Assembly: GCA_050273025.1 (NCBI GenBank)
Contig: CP158635.1
Span: 8,246,001-8,310,000, forward strand
DNA length: 64,000 bases
DNA from: Cenococcum geophilum
Lineage: Eukaryota
Direction of reading: 5' to 3'
Position numbers and translations under genes: made by a program
In this document: positions 37,013-48,803 of the stretch, one piece after another
Position numbering within the stretch: the stretch's first letter is position 1
Layout: every line of letters begins with the position of its first letter
Notes under the pieces: model-generated
Database searches by the model: none
Seen by the model: only the letters and a program-made list of their open reading frames with translations
Told to the model about the DNA's origin: nothing

Positions 37013-39194
37013 ATATATATAGTATACGAGCGACCCTTATAAACTTGGCGCCGGCAGACTAAAGCGTCCTACTTTTCTTTTTAAGACTACTTTAACTAGC
37101 TTAATAGCGCTTAACCCTAGGGAAGACCCCTTAGCTTAGGCTATGGTCCCCTATAATAACCTAGTGAGTTACCTATATATTATACGTTACTTTACTAGCA
37201 CTAACTTTACGCAGAGTCTCGTGCCATAGTAAGAGGTAGTAGTAGCTACTTTAGCCAAAACGGCGTTTATAGAATACTCCCCTAAGTCACTAGTTAATTT
37301 TATTTATAGAGTATAAAAAAGGGACGTATTTACACGCTTTATATATAATTAGTTAACCTAGGAATAAGTTCCTGCTAGTAATAAGGACTATACACTTAAT
37401 AATTAAGGACTCCTAAGGTAAAATAATAAGGTTTAGGTACTAAATTATATACTACTGTAATAGGAGATCCTTAAGCGGAATTATAATAATCCTATAGGTG
37501 GCTATTATAGTTTTAACCGTACTTTTAAGGTAATTATATAGAAGTATATTTGGAACGGCCTTACCTAAGACCTCTACAAATACCTAGATAATTATAATGC
37601 CTACTAACGCTCTAAATCGCGCCGCTATAAACCCTATAGTAAGCTATAGCCTCTTTAGGTCCCTACTTAAGCCTAACGGCATTATTTATTTAATTTTATT
37701 ATGGATTTCCTAGAGTCTAAAACTTCTAATAGCGTAGAGTATAACTCTGTCCTTATTCTTATAAACCGTTTTATAAAGCTAGTATACTACTATTTAGTGC
37801 ATAAAATAATTAATGCTATACAATTTATAGAACTCCTATTTAGAGTCTTTACGTAAATAGGGCCTTTAGATAATATTATCTTTAATAGGGGTAGTATATT
37901 TATAAGCGAGTACTAAAGCACTATATGCTACTATTTCCGCGTTTAACATAAACTTAGCACCGCATTCTACCCGTAAATAGATAGTTAGATAAAATATTAG
38001 AACTAGGAGCTTAAGGAATACCTATATATATTTATAAACTAGGAACAGTCTAATTAGGCCTCCCTACTTAAAGAAGTAGCCTTTGCCTATAACTTTAAGG
38101 TCTATACTATGATAAAGCGTTCCCCTATTAAGCTCGCCTATAGCTAGCTACTAAACGTCCTAAATAGAGTCCTGGATAGCGTTTAAGACGCCTAATAAGG
38201 TAGGGAGGAGTTTAAGTTAACAAATATCTAACTTGCAGAGATATATTTATAACGCCTACGCCTTATATATAAGGCAGCGGCGGCGTTAATAATACACGCC
38301 TAAAAGCTTTATATAAAATACTATAATCGTTACTACCTAGCTAAGTACTTTACCATTAGTAAATAAGTCCTGCTCTCCTCTAAGAATATCTATATAAAAC
38401 GTCCCTATAAAAAGCTTAACTATAAGTTTATAGGACCGTTTTAGATTCTAGAGTATATAGGGCAGTAAGTATATAAGCTAGAGCTTCTACCTACTATAGT
38501 ACGGCTCTACCTAGTCTTCTATATCTCCTTACTAGAGCTTTATAGGTTATACCCTAGGTTTTAACCCCCGGTAGTAAAAGAGCTTAAGAAAGGTAGCTAG
38601 GAAGTAGAAGCAATTATCGCCTACTAGGATTATACTAAATAACCACAGTACCTTATTAAATAGCTAATATAGATAAATAAGTATAATAAATAGAAATACG
38701 AGATAGAACTTAAGAATTGTTAATAACTGCTAGATAAGTACTGTAAGCGGAACACCCTAGCCGTACAGCTAAAGCGTAGGCGAAAAGTAAGCGCTACTAT
38801 TAAAATATAACCTATATTAAAGCGGAGCAGAGGACGTCCCAAGGAATTAAAGAATAAGTAATAATTACTATAAGAACTGCGGCGTATGTATAGGGTGAAG
38901 TTTTAATTTATTAATATCCTATATAAGCCGCACTTTAATATAACCCGGCGATGCTAGTAACTTATAGGCAAGGCTATAGTATATACTAGCAACGAAGCTT
39001 AATTTAAAAAGCACCCTTTCTAGACCTAGTTTATTACTCTATGCTAGCTAAGCAGATTATTTATATATTAGAGAATAGGCCTATTTATAACCGGGGTCTA
39101 TTTAACTAGAGTCTATAACTTACTAGTAACCCGCTAGTAGTAACCTATACTAATAACTTACACTATTCTACGTATATGCTATATAGATAACGCG

Positions 39195-39410
39195 CAAGGC
39201 TAAAGCATAGGTTAGTAGCGGATTTAATAGGTATATAGCCTTACCGTCCTAAACCTAGCTGTATATAAGTAACCTATAACCTACCTATAAAGTATATACG
39301 GCGCTATACTGGTATAGCGTAAGGCTAAAATAGGGTTAGTGGCGGATTTAATAGGTATATAGCCTTACTGTCTATATATCTGGCTGTATATAAATAACCT
39401 ATAATTAACC
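39195..39410. repeat. ~125-bp-period direct repeat in the Gypsy-C 3' non-coding region
   Basis: AAGGCTAAA..GGTTAGT.GCGGATTTAATAGGTATATAGCCTTAC..GCTGTATATAA.TAACCTATAA occurs at ~39196 and ~39321. Confidence 0.8.
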
Positions 39411-39525
39411 CGTAAGGTACTAGCGACCTACCTATATAAGTAAGCTTTTAGAATATTTCTAGTCTACTAAATTTAGGTAACGGTATTAAGCTCTACTAGC
39501 TCTACCTATTAAATAGACCAATTAG

Positions 39526-39552
39526 GATTTTCTATACTAGGTATATAAAATC
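39526..39552. promoter_or_regulatory. Variant of the 27-bp palindrome in the Gypsy-C 3' region
   Basis: CCAATTAG-GATTTTCTATACTAGGTATATAAAATC-GCTATTAGCTCG; same flanks and spacing as the Copia copies. Confidence 0.45.
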
Positions 39553-42500
39553 GCTATTAGCTCGGTTAAATGCGGGGGAGTCTTAATAATGTAAATCCAA
39601 CTAATTAGACAACTTTAACCACTAGTCGAAGTTCCTTAATATCTTTATACCGCGTATATATACTACCCATCTCTCTATACACAAAATTAAAACACTCTTT
39701 CCCCTCTAAATTTTTTCCTTACTAAGGTTTTTTATGGGGTTTTATTAAGGCTTAAGTATATAAAGGATCGGGGACAACCCTTTTTAAAGGGGGGGAAGGC
39801 ATTATTAGGTAAAACCTAAGTAGATAGTTATATAGCCGTAAGGTATAGGCGACCCTAGAGCAACCTAGGGGTGACTCGCCTATAAGGTACGTGCGCTATA
39901 TATACCTAGGAAAAACCCTTTCTACCTCGCATATAGACTCCTCCTTTTTCCCTTAAGGATTCGTCTCTGTATATACAATATACCCTATTATTCTATTATT
40001 GGACTCCCTATCTATATCCTCACCTTATATATACCTTAGGCTTTTTATTTCTATAAATAGCATATAAATAGCCCTAAAGAAAGTTAAAGTAATTATAAAC
40101 TAGTAAGAACCTAAGAATGTTAAGGATATAAGAGCCTTTATAAAATTTACCAATTTCTACTAACGGTTTATTAATAACTTCTTCGCCCTAGTTTTACCCT
40201 TTATAGCTCTAACCTAAAAGGATAAAGCCTTTATCTTTAATAAGGAATATAAAAAGGCCTTTACTTATTTAAAGGTTATATTTACTATTACGCCTATACT
40301 CTAATACTTTAACCTAAACTAAATAAGTATTATAAAAGCTAACTTATCTAACTATATTACTAGAGGCATTCTATCTTAATATAACGAAGATAGAGTATTA
40401 TACCCCGTAGTATACTACTTAAAATAACTAAGCCTAGCTAAATATAACTATAAGATCTATAATAAGGAGTTATTAGCTATTATTAGATATTTTAAATAAT
40501 AGTAACCTAAACTAAAAGGCGCCGGATTTTAAATTAAGGTCCTTAGCGACTATGAGAATCTATAGTACTTTATAACTATAAAACAGCTAAGCTATTATTA
40601 GGCCCGCTAGTTAGAATATCTATCCTATTTCTAATTCTTAATTATATACCGCCTAGGCGTTTAAGGTTAAAAGCCTAATACTTTAACTCAATGTTTACAA
40701 GACGCGCTAGTACTAAAAAAAGCGCGCTCTTACTAAAACTAAACCCTACTTTATCCTAAACTGTTTAATCCTCCTATTAAAGACCTTATAGTATATATTC
40801 TTAAAATAACCAATTAATTAATTAAACAGATTATAATTAATAAATACCTAAATAACGAGTTTATCTAAAAGACGCTTAAGCTAATCTACGATAGCATTAG
40901 ACGCTTTAAGAAGATCTCTTTAAGTAAATATAAAGCTTATGGAAACTGTTTATATTACTAGAACTATCTAGTTATCCCTAATTATAATAAGCTTAAGCTT
41001 AAGCTCCTTAAACATATATATAACCTACTAGTAGCTAGCTACCTAAGCTAAGGAAAAACTCTAGAGCTACTTTAACGGGAGTACTATTAGCTAAATATAT
41101 ATAATATAATATAAAGGTACGTCTCTAGCTACTATATCTGCCGACGAGCTAAAGCTTTATATAAGACGTATAACGGCCTTTTAAAGCTACTACCTATTCT
41201 AGACCAAAAATAGAAGAATATCTTAATTAACTTTATTATTAATTTCCCCGTAAGTAAAGGCTATATAAATATTAGAGTAGTTATAGACCAACTATCTAAA
41301 ATAAGATACTTAATCGCCAGCCCTAATATATTAACACCTACCATCGCCTAATTATTCCTAGATTATATATAGAAACTCTATAGACTTCCTAAAATAATTA
41401 TCTTTAATAAAGGCAGCTAGTTTATCTTTATATTTTAGAAAGAACTAACTACTTAACTCCGTATTAAAGTACTATTATTTATAGTATACTACCTGGAAAC
41501 AGATAGCTAAACGGAACGTATAAATGCTATAATAAAACAGTATATTTAGATATATACTTCGTACTTATAAAATAACTAGATTAACTAGCTTATATTCGCT
41601 AAGTTTACTATAAATAATTCCGTTTTAGAAACTATAAAGGTCTCCCTATTTCTAGCTAACTACGGCTAGTATCTATAAATAGGTTTTAAACTCTTTGGTA
41701 ATATTCCTTGCCCTACTTATTACGCCTTATAAGTTATAGAAGTAAATTAATTTATAAAGAAGATAGAGGAACTATAATAGTTCCTTACTAGTGAAATAAT
41801 ATAGGCTTAATCTGTCTATAAAGCCGTAGTAAATAAAAAAGAAACCCTAGTACTGGCCTACTAAATTAGTAACTTTATTTAGCTAAATATAAGAAATATA
41901 AATATAAAACAACCTATTAAGAAGCTTAATTAGAAGAACGCTAGCTCTTATAAGGTTAAGAAGGTTATCTCTTTTTATACCTACTAACTAAAGCTTCCTA
42001 ATACGGTTAAAATCCACCCTATATTTTATACGTTAGTTCTCTACCCTATTACGTCTATACCAAACGCCCTGCCCAAATAGATATAAGACCCTCCCCTACT
42101 AGTTAAAGTAAATAGTAAAAATAAGTACTTTATTAAAAGAATTAATAATATTAAGTATAATAAACAGAAACGCTAATATATATATTTTACAAAATAGAGA
42201 GGCTTTATTAAGCCCTTATAGGAACCTATTAACTCTATAGAACTTATATAAGCTATAAAAGACTTTTATAAACTCTACCTAAAACTACTATAGCCCTATC
42301 TCGTAGAAGCTTAAGTTTAAAAGGGGGGTACTGTTATAAAACACCCCCGTAACACCTTATGCATATCTACCTATTTCTATTAACTTAGTAACTAGAGACT
42401 AACCACAAGATAATAATCTAATAGTAATCTACGGCAATTTAACGGCAACCTACTATATTCTACTATATTCTACTAAGTTCTACTAAGTTTTACTAAGTTC

Positions 42501-42726
42501 CGCTAAATCCTATTAAGTTCTGCTAGGACTATTACCTAAATCCTATTCTACTTTATATATATATTAACTAAGCAACTAGGTCCATAATATATACCCTTTC
42601 TTCTTATTTTCCTACCTTCTTCCCTTACGTAACGTCTTAACCTCTTTATATAGTTTATGTATATAGCTTAATAATATCTACCTTACTATATATTATCGCC
42701 GCTTATACTTACTCCGTAACAATTAG

Positions 42727-44230
42727 CTATCTACTTATTTTTAGTATATAAAGCCTTTAATTAGTTAATAAGAAGTAGTATAGCCTGGTAGAGAATTAAT
42801 AGCTAGTTTAGGCGCCCCTCCTTTTTCTATAGGTAAGGCTCTAAATCCCACGTAAAGGCTTTATACGCCTTATACTAAAAAATAGGGTAGCTCTATACTA
42901 GATAGCTTAGGAATATTTTATAAAGGGCTATTAAGTCCTATAAAATAACCTTATAGAGGTAAAAGAGAAGGTTTATAACCCCTATAGTAGCAAGGTTATT
43001 AATCTAATATAGCTATAGGCTAAAACAGCCCTTTTATTTATCTAGTTTGGGTTATATTATTAATAGTAATACGTTAGGCGGCATAATATCTATATAGTAG
43101 ATTTCGAAGCAGCCTATCTATAAGGGGTGCCCTACTATTAACCTTATAAACTCTTATAGGAGAAAGTTTAAGTAATAGCCTACTATTTACTCTTAGTTTT
43201 ACCTCTTAGTGTACTAAATCTAGTCCTTACTACCCCTCTTTAGCTCTGCTATTTTAGCGCTAGCACTTTACCTAATATATATCTTCTTCTCTAAGAAGAC
43301 GCTAATATACTAAGCGCCTATTAAAGTCCGGAAATAGCTTAGTACTAAAATCCTAGTAGTATAGGAGATAGAAAGTTAGCCTACTAAGTATATAAATAAG
43401 CGGCTTTTTATTTTATAGGGCCCTAATAGTTTTAAGGCGGCTATACTAGTTCTACTTATCTACGCGTATAGTAAATATTAAGGCTATATAGCGTGTAGGG
43501 CCTTTACCCTTAAACTTAAAGGTAAATAGATCTAGAATCTTAGCGGAGCGTTTATTGCTATTATAGGTAAGTATATAAAGCCTAGTAGGATATTAATAAG
43601 TGTATAGAAGTAGTACTTTAGTAATAAGGTAGCGCCCTTAGTCTAAAGCTTACGGTAGATACTCTAAAACTTATCCTTAGTATAGCTGTTAAGAAGGGTA
43701 TCTCTATTCTTATTAGCGAAATACTCTTTCTTACACTACGTGTCCCTCAGCTATAGCGTCTTTAGGTACTCCCTAATATTATCCTTCTATAAAGATAGGT
43801 AGCTATTAATTTTTATAGCTTTCCGCATCTAATAGAGGTCTATTAAAGCGGTAATATAACTATAAACTAGCCGCTCTAAGAGCCGCGTTTCCTCTTAGGG
43901 TATATTAATATCGGCTTTATAGCTCTTCCCTTTTAAGGACTAGCTTATAACCTCTTTAACAAAAAAAAGAAGTAGCTTATCCTCCGTAACAGTATCGCTA
44001 TTATAGTACTACTTCCATTTATAAAAGGTCTAGAGCTAGATAACGTATTAGCCGCAGGGCGTAATACTTTATATCCTTCTTACCTTAAACTCCTTCTACT
44101 TTAAATTATACGTTAAAGATATATTCTTAGGCCTAGTAGTACGCGTAAGGGCGAAGACATACTACGCGTTAGCGCGTAATTCGGCATTATTAGCGATATT
44201 AATCTCTACGCGGTTATCGCCATTTTATAT
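42727..44230 (-). pseudogene. Crypton-2 tyrosine recombinase (NDC10-like domains), RIPed
   Basis: RPKNISLTYNLK*KEFK [intron 44030-44083, GTAAG..GCTAA..TAG] TFYKWK..TVTEDKLLLFF; YITALIDLY; ILLGFYILTYNSNKRSAKILDLFTFKFKGKGPTRY; K*N*YSRLK; RIAELK..D*I; E*IVGYYLNFLL. These match fungal Crypton motifs after de-RIPing. Confidence 0.85.
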
Positions 44231-44486
44231 AGTAGATATAATAGTAGACTTACTACCACAATCGAGGATTAGATAGGGAGGACTTTTTTATATATAATTG
44301 GGGCCCTAAGGGCCCTAATTACCCTACAGTCGGCGTCGATTAGTGGCTTAATTAGCGGGCGGCTCTTAATACGCGTATATCCACAGCTTGGCGCTAGTGG
44401 CGCTGTAGATATATGCAAATCTGCCTAGGTAGCTAGTTAAATATATAATTTTTTTCGCTAACCGGTGATTAGCCGGACCTTAAATA

Positions 44487-44806
44487 TAGTAAAAACTGGC
44501 TAGTACGATACGGTTTATATAGCCGAGCGTATTATTATAACAATAGTATTATTATATTAAGAGTTATATATTAGGTTAATAAGCAATAAAAAGGGGTAAG
44601 GCTTTATACTTAAAAGGCTTAAGGGGTCCACCTTACCGGCTAAATTAGGTTCCCTCCTATATAAAATCTCTACTAGTTATACCGATTTTAGTAGGGGAGA
44701 CTTAAAGATATTATTAAAAGTTAGAATATTGTAATATTATATCAAAAACACTTTAATTAAGGGGTGTATATCGTGATATAGAGTATATCGTTATAATTAG
44801 GTATCG
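44487..44806 (+). repeat. Left ~320-bp inverted repeat (pairs with 55808-56124)
   Basis: TA|TAGTAAAAACTGGCTAGTACGATACGGTTTATATAGCC...CCACCTTACCGGCTAAATTAGG...GGTATCG is the reverse complement of 55808-56124, allowing for mismatches and small indels. Confidence 0.85.
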
Positions 44807-45213
44807 GAGGTCCGGGTTAGGCTTGGCATGACCTCGGGTTACGCACGACCCCCTAAGGTCCGCGACATATCGTCTAAATATTACCCCCCCCTTTTGGTGG
44901 TGGCCCCTACTTTTTAAACGCGTTTTTGAGGCCTAGGTTAGTACTGGGTTAGTATAGAGGACCTCGTCGCGCGCCTTTGACCTTATCGTCGCCTTAATAA
45001 TCCAATTTTTAACCCTCTTTCTGTTCTTGTGCCCGCGCTAGCTCCTAGCTCGCGTAGGGCTTCTAGTTTTATATAGAACGGCCTGCTATAATTCTAATTC
45101 TATAATATAGAGCTCTCTTCTTCTCCTCCTCTATTAATATTTACGCGTTCGGTGGCTTTATTTACCTATACCCGCGCCACGCTTACGCGTCTTCCCCCTA
45201 ACCTCTTACAGAG

Positions 45214-47760
45214 ATGGAGTCTTTTAAGAATCTTCTTACCTTATAGTCTACTTTGCAGTTAAAGGAAGCCCCCCTAGCCTCCTCCTTCCCCTCCTTTTAT
45301 AGCCTCTAGAACGAATTTAAGGCTTAGACGGTACGGCTATATAATATTTATAAGGCCTAGCGCTTAAAGAATACTATAAGGGCGTACGAGCCAAAGTAGA
45401 AAAAGTAGGAAGACTAGTGCGCGAGACTAGAAGGCAATATGGACGGCGCCCGGGTAACAGAAAATAAGCTTTACCTATTTTTAGAGTAGTAAGTTATTAA
45501 CTAGGAATTATATGCTGCTAGCTATTAAAAACGGAAGTTAAAACGGAAAGAGATATAGAAAGATAGTAAGCGGGTAAAGAAGAGGTAGAAGACGGTTAAA
45601 CGGGTAAGGTAGCTAGAGGGGAAGTTAGCCGTAGGGGCAGCCGTAGGGGTAGCCGTAGGGGCAGCCGCAGGCATAGGGGAGGAAGCTATAAAGGAGGAAG
45701 GGGAGATATGGGATAAGGAGGCCTTAGACGCCCTATTTAACAAGATGGTCTAATACTTAGTTATAAATAGCTACGTCTCCGCTATTACCGAGCTTTACGT
45801 ATAGTAGTTAAAAGGTAAGACCTCGCAGCCGCTGCGGGGGGCGAAGCTCTTAGCAGTACTAGATAGTGTCTACCGCGATAAGAGCCAGATTTAACGCGTT
45901 AACTTTATTAATTAAGGCCTATTTATAATTACTAGCGGCTATAACATTAAAGGGCTTAAAAAGGCAATTACTTAGTGCTGGGATATGGGCTCTAAGATAC
46001 TAGGTTTAGTTAAGTCTTACCTTTAAACTACAGCTGAGCATTTATTAGGTTTATATATACCCTACTTAGTCTATATAGCTGCCGTTTTCTAACCCGTTCC
46101 TTAGGCTATACTACCATTACCTATAGTAAAAGTAGATAAGATATTTAGCTTGCTAATCTTATTCTTATTAAACTAAAGAATAAAGGGCCTAAACCGGATA
46201 AGTTAGCGCTGTATATAATTATGTTAATAATATAAGGGAAGCAGAATTAGTATAGTAAGGTTAAGTATATAGGCTATATACAGAACGCTAACCCTATCCT
46301 CTACCCCCTCTCTATAGTAGCCTTCTACTTCTTTAACTATTGGGGTAAAGACAGCGCTAAGAGCTTTCTATCCTTTTGGTAGCTAGAGGACTACTATAAC
46401 CTATACGTCTTCCCTAGCAGTATTAAAGTACTACAATAGCCGCTAAGCTATTATATGCAGTTTAAATAGAATAAAAAGATATTCTAGGGGGTAGGAATTT
46501 ATTTAAAGAAGAAGACCTATAGCGCCTGTAAGCAGAGCGTCCGGTATACTAAGCTTAGCGGCGTTAAGGAGACCTAAATTAAATAGGCCGGACGCTGGAA
46601 TACGGACGTAATAACGGGAGCCTACCTTAGCTACCTACCCCGTGCGTTTATACGGTTAATCGCCAGCTTCCTAAAGGAAAAAAAGGGCTACTTTTTTCCC
46701 CGTGCATGGGAGGTGCTAAAGGAGGCCCTCTATTTAAAGATATAGCCTAAGACTAATATCTAGCTAAAACGCATAGAGGCCTACTACCTAGGTAGGGCTA
46801 ATAATAAGGTTATACGGCTTGACCTTATAGGCTTAGGATTTCTACACCTCCTCTACGCGTTTAGGGTAATCCTATTATAGGACTTAGTAATCCTACGTAA
46901 GCAGTTCCCGCTCTACCCCCTATAGAAGAACCCCCTCTTCAGCTATAAGGAGTACTAGAGGTTCGCTACGTAGGTAGAAAGCTCGCTAGCTAACGTAGTT
47001 ACGCTAAATAAGCTAATAATGCGGAAATACTAGCCCGCCTATAAGGCCGTAGCTAAGCTAAAATATAAGGCCGCGATCTCTAAGATAAAGGGGGTTTAAT
47101 TACGCGTATAGATGATTTTAGAACGCCTTAGCGAAATAAAAAGGTTATTAGCATTATTCGCACCTATATAGATCTAGTAAGGAAAGATGGATATCTAAAT
47201 AGGGCCTATAGAGTCTATACGTCTACCTTTAGGCGAGCCCGCGCCGTCTACTATAACGTCTACTATATCCGCGCCGCCTGCTTAGCCGTTTATAATATCC
47301 GTATTACCTGCTTAGCCGCCGTCTATAATATCCGCACTATCCGCTTAGCCGTCTACAATATTTATACCACCCGCTTAGCCGTCTACTATATCCGCATCGC
47401 CCCTACTAGCGTAGGCACAAATTAATACTTAACTATCTCTTCTATTTATTCTTAACCTATAGGCGCCGCTAAGGAAATATAAAATGCTTTAAGGCGGTAA
47501 TTTAGTCTTCTAGCTCTAGACTAAGTGGACTTTAGGGCTAATAGGTAGGCCGTTAATTAAAGCTCTTAATCGCTACTAGGGGGCACGCTAGCGGGTTAAC
47601 GGCGAGGCTATATTCTATAGCCGTCGCTATAAAATAATTAAGGATGTAAGATGGCGTGTAGAAGACGGTATAGTAAGAGATAAGAGATAGGCTATTAACT
47701 AGCTGGAATAGCTATAAGGTTAGCGTTCTTTAGATTGACTTTATAAGAATATCTAAATAG
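45214..47760 (+). pseudogene. Crypton-1 tyrosine recombinase with C-terminal GCR1-like domain, RIPed
   Basis: LKNTIRAYEPK*KK*ED*C..RVTENKLYLFL; SYVSAITELY; EHLLG [intron 46049-46104, GT..CTAAC..TAG] YTTITYSKSR (RGESR); KKTYSACK; AGRWNTDVITGAYLSYLPRAF; RVILL*D. GCR1_C-like L*TKWTLGL..IKALNRY*GAR*R..FYSRRYKII at ~47510-47640. Confidence 0.9.
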
Positions 47761-47767
47761 TTATTTT

Positions 47768-48079
47768 ACTGTAGTAACTAAGACGCCTTAATATATAACT
47801 GTACTACGGTGACTAAGACGCCTCTATATACAATTGCACTATAGTAACTAAGACACCTTAATATATGACTATACTGTAGTAACTAAGACGTCTTAATATA
47901 GGACTGCACTGTAGTAACTAAGACGCCTTAATATATAACCGCACTATAGTGACCGAAATATCTTAATATAGGACTGCACTGCATTAACCAAGACGCCTTA
48001 ATATAGGACTATACTATAGTGACTAAGACGTCTTAATATAGGACTATACTATAGTAACTAAGACGCCTTAATGTAGGAA
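47768..48079. repeat. 35-bp minisatellite, ~9 copies, directly after the Crypton-1 stop
   Basis: Unit ~ACTGTAGTAACTAAGACGCCTTAATATAGGACTGC, contiguous with no spacers. Confidence 0.9.
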
Positions 48080-48358
48080 TAGAGCCCGTTTAGGTGTTAT
48101 AAATTTAGAGCAATATTACGTAACTGTCTAGAAGTACCGATCTAATACAAATTATATACCTTTTCGCCTAAAATCGCGTGCGAAAGTACTTGGGGGCGGT
48201 TACTGCGCGACCTTATACGGGGTTCGAGCGCGTTATTAGTAGGAGTAGCCCTAACCTCGTATTAACCCGGGTCGTAACCACGCTAAATTAGCCCCCCCAA
48301 TATGTAATAGATATCTTATTAGGGCCGCTAAGGCGCTAGTAGTAAGCGAGCTAATAGC

Positions 48359-48385
48359 GATTTTCTATCCTAGGGATGGAAAATC
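48359..48385. promoter_or_regulatory. 27-bp palindrome just downstream of the Copia D pol stop
   Basis: GATTTTCTATCCTAGGGATGGAAAATC. The region 48321-48395 matches Copia A 9388-9463 in reverse orientation. Confidence 0.5.
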
Positions 48386-48803
48386 CTAATTAGCTAGTTT
48401 AAGTTAGGGTTTATAAAATATTATACTCCTACTCTCTTTTAACCCAACCTTTAACTTATATACGTAGAGTATTTATATTAATAAACGTCTTTAGTGCCTT
48501 ATTTAGGTTCGCCTTTATTATTACATCTACTAAGTTATCTTAGCTATTAATCTATTAAATCTTAAAGAGTTCTTAACGCTTATAGGATTGTTAAAGTGCT
48601 ATAATATTAATTATAAGGCGCTTCTCCTTTATAGTACTAAGCTTAATTAAACACTTATAGAGGAAATATAAGTCGGTATATACGATTATAGGGATAATAG
48701 AAAGTTTAAGTCAATCTATAATTATCTTTAGGGTAGTTCTAATTACAATTACTATATTAACTCCGCTAACTATTCTATATATCTCTAATACTAAAACGCT
48801 TTA

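Larger units (their letters stand above)
19194..40029 (+). mobile_element. Ty3/Gypsy chromovirus family C, inserted into Gypsy-B1 RT and itself carrying four insertions
   Basis: 227-bp LTRs at 19194-19420 and 39803-40029; TSD TATAC (19189-19193 / 40030-40034; empty site in B2 at ~34105); G-rich PPT before 39803. Protease ~26590; RT (VYLNNILIY ~29920) and RNase H 29390-30840; integrase GGYYSFNRT ~37500; chromodomain *EVEAIIAY..QYLIK* ~38600. Confidence 0.93.
15726..42721 (+). mobile_element. Ty3/Gypsy chromovirus family B copy 1 (~5.9 kb of own sequence; host of nested insertions)
   Basis: LTRs 15726-16095 (370 bp) and 42332-42721 (390 bp, extra 10-bp repeat units); TSD ATTAG (15721-15725 / 42722-42726); PPT AAAAGGGGGGTAC. 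Motifs: gag knuckle GLCFKYRSNSYLSNYY ~17290, protease LINTGAS ~17670, RT GLRFYVDY*ALN ~18745, AYINDILIY ~19050. RNase H, IN and chromodomain continue at 40035-42310. Confidence 0.95.

Noticed and set aside
45525..45743. 72-aa ORF (-)
   Set aside because: Antisense to a low-complexity part of Crypton-1.
47768..48079. CRISPR-like 35-bp repeats
   Set aside because: Units are contiguous with no unique spacers, there are no cas genes, and the context is eukaryotic; it is a minisatellite.
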